From positions 271,504-335,503 of the forward strand of contig JAAOMT010000561.1 in the NCBI GenBank assembly GCA_016748015.1: a DNA stretch of 64,000 nt, read 5' to 3'. This DNA is from Geosiphon pyriformis uo1. Lineage: Eukaryota; Fungi; Glomeromycota. The position numbers were made by a program, and so were the translations under genes. The notes below the pieces were generated by a model that saw nothing but the letters and a program-made list of their open reading frames with translations, searched no databases and was not told the DNA's origin. Below, one piece after another: positions 55,838 through 64,000 of this stretch (position 1 is the stretch's first letter; every line of letters starts with the position of its first letter).

Positions 55838-58469
55838 ATCTCTTCAGTTGACTTTTATCATAAAGTAAAGCCATTTGCAAGAATTTTACCTGGAACCTTA
55901 TATGAAGATCTTTTACACCATTATCTAGTACCAGGGAGTCATCAAAAATCTGTTGACGCTCAGCCATTACGGTTTTCACGATCAAAGTTTGATTCAAAGC
56001 TTCTCCAATCGCATAATATAAAACAGCTTGATCATTGGATTCAAGGCAAAGACGAAAATACTCCTTTGGAAGATCAACTTGAAAATGAATTTAAATTACT
56101 ACTTCACCAAATGATTTTCATCAGCTATGTGATAACAAAGGAGCAACAATTACTGTAATCAAAGTCAAAGGAACTGGTCAATTGATTGGCGGCTATAACC
56201 CAGAATCTTGGCATTCTCGTTGGGATTGGATAGATGGAAAAGAAAGTTTTAATTTTTCCCTTGGAGATGGCAAAGCTCAAAATGCTAAACTTAGCAAGTT
56301 TATTAGCAAAAATGGACCTTTTTGTCATAAAGAGTTCGGACCCCAATTTGGCAATTATAGTATTCGAACCTATAGTCTTAATTTTCAATCTTTTCCACGC
56401 AGTTGTAAAAAGGAAACAAATTATGAGCACATTATAATGCCTGGGTCAGAAAATACAGCGGTAGAAATTTTTTTGATGAGGCTTTTCAAATCATCAAAAA
56501 TTATATCACTGGATTAGATATTTTCTTAAGGTTAAGCTAAATAGGACTCCTAATTTTGAAATTTGTACTTACAGAATCATTTATAGTCAATCGCTCTTGT
56601 CCCCTTCCAAGAAAGCCAAATTCACAAATAAAATTTTATTTTAAACACACTACATTCTGAATAGGATTACTAATGAATCTTTTTTTAGAGAATACTTTCT
56701 TACTTTTTGAAAAAAACATAAGAATTACCCACATCAAATTTTAAAATCGAGCGATCTTTTGAAGTTTAGGCATAAGTCAAACTCAATAAACAATATGTTA
56801 TCAAAACAAAAAGTCGAGAATAAATAGCGATGGAAAATAATAAATTTGGATAAAAAGTTAAATATACGTAACTGGTATAAGTTTTCCTAAAAAAACCAAT
56901 ATTTATATAACTTTTTGTAAAGCATAAGCTATGATGGAACTTGTATGATATGTTATATTTATAAAATCAGTGATTGATTTCAGAAAATATGATATATTTT
57001 ATAAATTTTAAATACTTATTAATTTTTCTTTCAATCTATTTTTCAATTTGATAAATAGAGCTTAATTTTAATAAACCCAAACACATCAATCTTTTCAGAA
57101 GCCAGATATTCATCATTTTAATTATAAACCAACTTTACGGTGTCTGCACAAAATTCAGGTAATCTAAATTCTAAATATATCCACATAATTTAAGAAACAT
57201 ATATCAAAGAAAAAAAATGAATGGCGATTCCAATAGTATAACAATCCGAAGCATAGCCAAAAAATAATTTTAAATTTTTTTTCCGAAATGATCAATAGTT
57301 CTAATCTTGGAAATGTAAAACAACGGATGCTGGGATATGTATTAGAATTTGAGCATTTTGTAATGAAAGAGCGAGAAGATATTTTGCATGATATTTTAAA
57401 TTAGTTAAGTAACTACTAATAAACTTGGGACTGTACATACTACAAGTATACCGTTTTCAAATACCGAACGAGCCATTTAGTGTAAAACTCTCATTACACA
57501 ATGTAATTGTTATCATTATTCTAATTATTATGCACTTAATATTTAATATATAATTTACTTTATAAGTTCCAACTTATAGATTTCAAAGAACCTGTATATC
57601 CCCTTGAAAGTAAGAATTTAAACAAATTGGGAATATAATTAAATTTAATTATTTAATGCTTATTATTTGACTATGTTGGAATCACTCTTAATAAATGTAA
57701 TAGCAATCTTTCAATAGATTTATTCTATATTGTATTGACTGTACCATTTTTTATATTCCATTCAATATATTTTAAAATACATTGTATATATTTAAGAGTT
57801 ATTTTTATTTTTATTTTTTTAATTTTATTAATAATTTTTATAAAAATTAAAGTCAAAAATTCTTAAGAAAGTTTAATAAATGTTAGACTATAAATTATCA
57901 TTCAAAAAAGATTCTGTTTATAAAATTCAACTATATTGTGGTGTGAAATTACAAAATTCAAATATTAAAACATTGAATTAATAATCTAATTCATTAGAAA
58001 TATTTTTGAAATATTAATAAAAATTTTTATAAAAATATTGGTCTTAATGTTTAAAATTTAATTAGCAAATTTGTTAAATATATGTTAATACTCAATCTAA
58101 AAGCTAATTCGTTCTTAAATTTTGATTTTTAATAAATTAAATTAATTTTCATTTAAATTTGGTCTATAAATTGATGATTATTAATATACCACATCAATTT
58201 GAAATATACTGTAGCAGATTTAATATAAATTTAAGTTTTAAATTTGTGCGTAAAATTATATTCTGACTTTATTAACTTTATTAATTTTTTCTTTAAGAAA
58301 ATATAAATTACAAATACATTTTGAAGCGTTTATTTTATTAATGGATCGAATAATTCAATTACAAATTCTAATATATATAAATTACAAAAATAACTAGTTG
58401 AAAAATAAATGATTTAAGCAGTTAAAAGACAACTTATATAAACTAGGCCTTGATGATGTATTGCCATAA

Positions 58470-58655
58470 AATTTCTGCAATGAAATAGCTTTTAACAATG
58501 CAGCTATAGTCTTTAACACTCGAAATTTTACCTCCTTTAATAAAATGCTTTTTCCTTGCTTTTATCCCGGGATGACTTAAATGTGAACGAAGTAAAATAT
58601 GGAGAAAATTGTAGAATGGGGAGTCGCTAAATCAAGCAATGGCATTCAATTGGAA
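58470..58655 (+). pseudogene. Diverged fragment of the BACK region of the same BTB-TLDc subfamily
   Basis: ttctgcaatgaaatagct...agaatggggagtcgctaaatcaagcaatggcattcaattg aligns by eye to about 8328-8512. Confidence 0.85.
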
Positions 58656-58799
58656 AGAGAGAGCTTTAAGGCTTTATTGAAGTATCTGAAACTAATATTT
58701 TTATTTTCTAGCTTAATAAATTACTTTTGTAAAATTTAAAGTTTAGTATTGAATTACTTATGATTTAACAATGATAGTTTGATAGAAATACGAACTTCG

Positions 58800-59210
58800 A
58801 GTTTAGAAATGCCATGGTAGATCCCCCACTGCGGCTGCCTTCTGATACCAATAGAATGCCTTAAGACTATTTGCATTAATTCCTCGTCACTGCTTATAGC
58901 AACTGACAAGATTAATATGGACTACAATATTACAAGTATTGGCTGCTTTTTTGAACCAGACAAAAGCTTGGTGCTTATCTTGACTGGTTCCAACCAAGGC
59001 AATATAACAATACCTATATCGAGCTTGACCTAATGAATAACCAGTTTCAGTGCTTTTTTGTTAGAAATTAAAGGCTTGCTATTATCACATATTGTGCCCA
59101 ATCCGTAGTTATAAAGATACCTAAGCAGACGAGCGAATTTTGGCTGATAAATTTTCTTGGAGACAAGTTGAAAAAGGCCTTCAAGAATTTGATTTTGTGA
59201 GAAAATCTAC
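58800..59210 (-). pseudogene. Sel1-like repeat protein pseudogene
   Basis: Manual translation: LLRYLYNYGLGTICDNSK, GQARYRYCY...GTSQDKHQAFVWFKKAANT, NLVSCYKQ*RGINANSLKAFYWYQKAAAVGD: about three Sel1 repeats with a stop and a frameshift. Confidence 0.85.
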
Positions 59211-59853
59211 TCTTTGATATTTCGAACTACATAAAAATCTGATTTTTCCAATTTTTCATTCTTTTTTCAAAAAATTCTTCTTTTAGTAAAGATTTTAAAG
59301 TAATAGTTACAGTATTTAATTAGTATTATAAATCTAAATTTAAACTCCTAAAAACCTTTGCCAGCCAATAGAAATTGCTAGAATTTTCAGCTTCAAGAAA
59401 AAAAAAAAGAACCATAATACCAGTCATCTTTACGAGCACTGCCTATAGTATCCCCCTCCTATAGTACCCACCATATTTACAAATATTGACACATGAGTTC
59501 TGTAATTAAGATTCGAAACAATAATGATGATAACAGGGATATGGCAGGGAGATGACAAAAAAAATTCCTCGCTTAGAAAAATTTTAAAGGTTCGGAGTTT
59601 GTGCTTTACGCCCATGTAATTTTGTGTGAACCTGGCACAGCTAACATGAGATATATATTGATAGACATTTTCTATCTTCCACTTTATCTTCGCTCATAAA
59701 AAAAATAGTGATTAAAAATATTTTTGATCAAAACAACAAATCCTTTTTTGGTTAAGATGAGCTGCTGTTCTAAAATCACATTATTTCGAAGGCAGGGCTA
59801 TGTTTATAACGAATGACCTAATAATTCAAAAAAATTTTATATAAAAACAGCCC

Positions 59854-60142
59854 TTGCTTCCTTTATCGTTCCTTTCCTTCCCCTTATTGCCTCTCTTCAT
59901 TTCTTTATCACTTCGCTTCCCTTCGTTCCTTTCCTTCCTTTATCACCTCCCTTTCTTCTCTTCCTTTCTTTATCGCTTCCCTTCTTCTCTTCTTTATCGC
60001 TTCCCTTTCTTCTTTTCCTTTCTTTATCGCTTCCCTCCCTTCATTCTTTCCCTTCCTTTTTTTCGTTCCCCATTTCTTCCATCCTCTCTTTTTTTCTTTT
60101 TTTTTGTTCTCCCTTCCTGTCCTTTTCTCTCTCTTCGTTCCT
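59854..60142 (+). repeat. Polypyrimidine tract with degenerate 24-27 bp units (TTCCTTTCTTTATCGCTTCCC...)
   Basis: TTTATCGCTTCCC-like core recurs several times; TATATAAA lies just upstream at about 59839. Confidence 0.85.
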
Positions 60143-60280
60143 ATGTAAGGTGAGTTTCGCTGGGTATTGTGCTTGTTAAAAAATTTAAGCGTTAAAAAAT
60201 AAAAAGATGAAAAAATAAAAAAAAATTTTTTTCGGGCGATTTTTTAAGATAATTGTCCTCTACAATTATCTTGGACTTGT

Positions 60281-60365
60281 CGTGTGCACATTTTTCTTTT
60301 CGATTAATCACAAATACAAACTTGATCATGTGACAACACTCATATACATCTTTTTTATAGATGAC
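60281..60365 (+). repeat. About 85-bp direct repeat, left copy
   Basis: gtgcacattttttcttttcgattaatcacaaatacaaacttgatcatgtgacaacactcatata...ttttttatagatgac matches 62692-62776. Confidence 0.9.
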
Positions 60366-60451
60366 TTATTAACAATAAAAGCCATTCGTCCTCCCTTCCT
60401 ATCCTTCCTCTCTCTTTTTGTTATGTAACTTTTTCATGGTGAGTTTCGCTG

Positions 60452-62690
60452 GAAGGTCTATCATGTGATCAACGAAAGTTGGCCGTAGTCTTCTTAGCAA
60501 TAGAAAAGGAATGTTTCTAACAAACCCCTTGCGGCACACCGAATAATTGAAGGTCTATAAGGTGATCAACGAAGTTGGCCGTGGTCTTCTTATCGATTGA
60601 AGAGGCATGTTTCTAACAAACCCCTTGCGGCACACCAAAAGATCGAAGATCTATCGGGTGATCAGCTAAAGTTGGCCGTGGTCTTCTTAGCGATAGAAGA
60701 GGAATGTTTTCAACAAACCCCTTGCGGCACGCCAGATGATTGAAATCCATCGGGTGATCAGCGAAAGTTGGCCGTGGTCTTCTTATCGATTGAAGAGGAA
60801 TGTTTCCAACAAACCCCTTGCGGCACGCCAGATGATTTAAATCTATCGGGTGATCAGCGAAAGTTGGCCGTGGTCTTCTTAGCGATAGAAGAGGAATGTT
60901 TACAACAAACCCCTTGCGGCACACCAGAAGATCGAATATCTATCGGGTGATCAGCTAAAGTTGGCCGTGGTCTTCTTATCGATAGAAGAGGAATGTTTCC
61001 AACAAACCCCTTGCGGCACACCAGAAGATCGAAGATCTATCGGGTGATCAGCGAAAGTTGGCCGTGGTCTTCTTAGCGATAGAAGAGGAATGTTTACAAC
61101 AAACCCCTTGCGGCACGCCAGATGATTGAAATCTATCGGGTGATCAGCGAAAGTTGGCCGTGGTCTTCTTATCGATAGAAGAGGAATGTTTCCAACAAAC
61201 CCCTTGCGGCACACCAGAAGATCGAAGATCTATCGGGTGATCAGCGAAAGTTGGCCGTGGTCTTCTTAGCGATAGAAGAGGAATGTTTACAACAAACCCC
61301 TTGCGGCACGCCAGATGATTGAAATCTATCGGGTGATCAGCGAAAGTTGGCCGTGGTCTTCTTANNNNNNNNNNNNNNNNNNNNNNNNNNNNNNNNNNNN
61401 NNNNNNNNNNNNNNNNNNNNNNNNNNNNNNNNNNNNNNNNNNNNNNNNNNNNNNNNNNNNNNNNNNNNNNNNNNNNNNNNNNNNNNNNNNNNNNNNNNNN
61501 NNNNNNNNNNNNNNNNNNNNNNNNNNNNNNNNNNNNNNNNNNNNNNNNNNNNNNNNNNNNNNNNNNNNNNNNNNNNNNNNNNNNNNNNNNNNNNNNNNNN
61601 NNNNNNNNNNNNNNNNNNNNNNNNNNNNNNNNNNNNNNNNNNNNNNNNNNNNNNNNNNNNNNNNNNNNNNNNNNNNNNNNNNNNNNNNNNNNNNNNNNNN
61701 NNNNNNNNNNNNNNNNNNNNNNNNNNNNNNNNNNNNNNNNNNNNNNNNNNNNNNNNNNNNNNNNNNNNNNNNNNNNNNNNNNNNNNNNNNNNNNNNNNNN
61801 NNNNNNNNNNNNNNNNNNNNNNNNNNNNNNNNNNNNNNNNNNNNNNNNNNNNNNNNNNNNNNNNNNNNNNNNNNNNNNNNNNNNNNNNNNNNNNNNNNNN
61901 NNNNNNNNNNNNNNNNNNNNNNNNNNNNNNNNNNNNNNNNNNNNNNNNNNNNNNNNNNNNNNNNNNNNNNNNNNNNNNNNNNNNNNNNNNNNNNNNNNNN
62001 NNNNNNNNNNNNNNNNNNNNNNNNNNNNNNNNNNNNNNNNNNNNNNNNNNNNNNNNNNNNNNNNNNNNNNNNNNNNNNNNNNNNNNNNNNNNNNNNNNNN
62101 NNNNNNNNNNNNNNNNNNNNNNNNNNNNNNNNNNNNNNNNNNNNNNNNNNNNNNNNNNNNNNNNNNNNNNNNNNNNNNNNNNNNNNNNNNNNNNNNNNNN
62201 NNNNNNNNNNNNNNNNNNNNNNNNNNNNNNNNNNNNNNNNNNNGCGATAGAAGAGGAATGTTTACAACAAACCCCTTGCGGCACGCCAGATGATTGAAAT
62301 CTATCGGGTGATCAGCGAAAGTTGGCCGTGGTCTTCTTATCGATAGAAGAGGAATGTTTCCAACAAACCCCTTGCGGCACGCCAGATGATTTAAATCTAT
62401 CGGGTGATCAGCGAAAGTTGGCCGTGGTCTTCTTAGCGATAGAAGAGGAATGTTTTCAACAAACCCCTTGCGGCACGCCAGATGATTGAAATCTATCGGG
62501 TGATCAGCGAAAGTTGGCTGTGGTCTTCTTATCGATAGAAGAGGAATGTTTCCAACAAACCCCTTACGGCACACCAGATGATTGAAGGTCTATCAGGTGT
62601 TCAACGAAGTTGGCCGTGGTCTTCTTAACGATAGAAGAGGAATGTTTCCAACAAACCCCTTACGGCACACCAGATTATTAAAGGTCTATC
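60452..62690. repeat. 96-bp tandem repeat array; about 14 units sequenced, spanning an N gap at 61365-62243
   Basis: Period measured 60661 to 60757. Unit CTATCGGGTGATCAGCGAAAGTTGGCCGTGGTCTTCTTA(G/T)CGATAGAAGAGGAATGTTT(A/C)CAACAAACCCCTTGCGGCAC(G/A)CCAGATGATTGAAAT. Confidence 0.98.
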
Positions 62691-62691
62691 G

Positions 62692-62776
62692 CGTGCACAT
62701 TTTTCTTCTTGATTAATCGCAAATACAAATTTGATCATGTGACAATACTCATATATTCATGTTTTTTATAGATGAC
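62692..62776 (+). repeat. About 85-bp direct repeat, right copy
   Basis: Matches 60281-60365 and abuts the last 96-bp unit. Confidence 0.9.
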
Positions 62777-62949
62777 AAAATTCGTTGAAACCTTGAAAGC
62801 ATTTAAAGTAATTTTGAAAAGTTTTTAGCCCTTCTTTATTTCTGTAATGTTTTATTATGTACAATATTTAAAGAATTATATAATAAAACTTGTAATTAGA
62901 TAATAACTAATAATAAAGCTCTAAATAAAATTTTAATTTAACTAATAAA

Positions 62950-63603
62950 TAAATTTTTGTAAATTTAAATTCGTTTTATAAGAGACATATGTCGTTTGTA
63001 TATTGTAATGATAAAATTAGCTTGAGATTGTGTTAAAAGCTAGCCACCTTACAAACCCAAAGCTGTAAAATAGTTTCATACGTTGATCTTTAATGGTATT
63101 TCATAGGCCGGAATAATTTTTTTCATCCAGAAAACTGTCAAACTTTAATGTTGGGTGGTTTAGATGAAATGTTCTGTTGTCTGAAAATACAACTCGATTC
63201 CAGTCAAAACCTTTATGATTTTTAGCCCACCGCAAGCAATTTTTTTATGTTTGTCAGTGAGTAAAGGTTTGGAAAGTTTAGCTATATTTAGCTTTATCTT
63301 CACATAAACGTTGTTGAATAAGGTCTATACTAATGTTAAACTTTCGTTTTTCATTTCCCGTTCTATATCAGTGGTGGTTAAATGAATTTTTTTTTACAAG
63401 TTATACAATGTTTAAGGGCCATACTTCGATTTCGACCAGCTTTTGGTTGATCACTTAGGTCTTAACCTAATGAAGTGCTGTAGACTTACAGCAATGGATA
63501 TACTTTGCTGCGGCTACAAATCCAAGTTTTGAGGCTTTTGGGATGTTTATTTGAAAAAACGATTTTCTATCCCTTGTGTATTGGAAGAGAAATTTTGCGT
63601 CAT
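62950..63603 (-). mobile_element. Degenerate Tc1/mariner transposase relic, N-terminal two-thirds
   Basis: Manual translation: LGFVAAAKYIHCCKST (HTH), LSKPLLTDKHKKNCLRWAKNHKGFDWNRVVFSD (KPLL...WA...W..V.FSDE), INV*NYFTALG (VNVWGCF-like). Frameshifted; catalytic C-terminus not found. Confidence 0.88.
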
Positions 63604-64000
63604 AGAACTTGATGATTATAAAATACCTGATATAGAAGATCTATTAATCTATAAAAGGTATGAATGATCAGCAAAGATGTCATTTTTCATGGAAAATCTT
63701 AGCTCCAAATTTGTTCTACAAAGAGTGGGATACTTTTGCTTACCTGACATCAATATTATAATCCGGTTATCCTGAAGCAATAAAAAGGTCAATTGTTCTT
63801 TAAACAAATTTCATATATTGGTGTCAAAGTAAAACATGTTGTATGAAAATATATTTTTTCGTTTTGAACATTTTGGTCAGCTAGAATTATGTAAATTTGA
63901 AAATTTTATCTTTAAGATGTAATATTAAAAAATTAGGTAAAAATCCTATCCAGGCATTCAACCATATGTAAAAAAGGGAAGGAAATTTTATCATGATGAA

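Larger units (their letters stand above)
54849..56517 (+). pseudogene. BTB-BACK-TLDc pseudogene (copy B), close paralog of 7797-9295, interrupted by Tc1 and an assembly gap
   Basis: High visible nucleotide identity to copy A from the ATG to about 56690. One-base insertion near 54994, transposon at the intron acceptor, 22-bp deletion at about 56105 removing RGSRDGF. Confidence 0.93.

Noticed and set aside
59854-60153. 99-aa F/L/S/P-rich ORF
   Set aside because: Translation of a polypyrimidine repeat; TTG start.
60452-62690. CRISPR array, or a repeat protein (32-aa CRKGFVGNIPLLSIRRPRPTFADHPIDFNHLA units)
   Set aside because: No unique spacers and no cas genes in a eukaryotic context. The ORFs arise because 96 is divisible by 3; they lack ATG starts, shift frame between variants and run through Ns.

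Overview
Very AT-rich eukaryotic DNA with short spliceosomal introns. The gene content (expanded BTB-BACK-TLDc family, Sel1-repeat relic, POT transporter) points to a Glomeromycotina (arbuscular-mycorrhizal type) fungus; this is inference. Gene islands alternate with multi-kb blocks almost stripped of C and G, at least one of which reads as a hypermutated transposon. Apparently intact genes: a multi-exon protein with a tyrosine-recombinase-like N-terminal domain (21.3-22.8 kb), a BTB-BACK-TLDc protein, a POT/PTR2 transporter with degenerate coupling motifs, a small basic protein, a single-Myb protein and a USP protein. Relics: two BTB-TLDc pseudogenes plus a fragment, a Sel1 pseudogene, three Tc1/mariner elements and a Ty3/Gypsy pol. 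Most notable and absent from the ORF track: (1) a decayed Fanzor2/TnpB-like RNA-guided nuclease gene at 29.5-30.05 kb; (2) a tRNA-shaped gene at 31010-31191 with a 110-nt multi-stem insertion in its anticodon arm; (3) a CpG-rich 96-bp tandem array at 60.45-62.69 kb inside the second copy of a duplicated intron-like module. All translations and pairings were done by eye; no searches were run.
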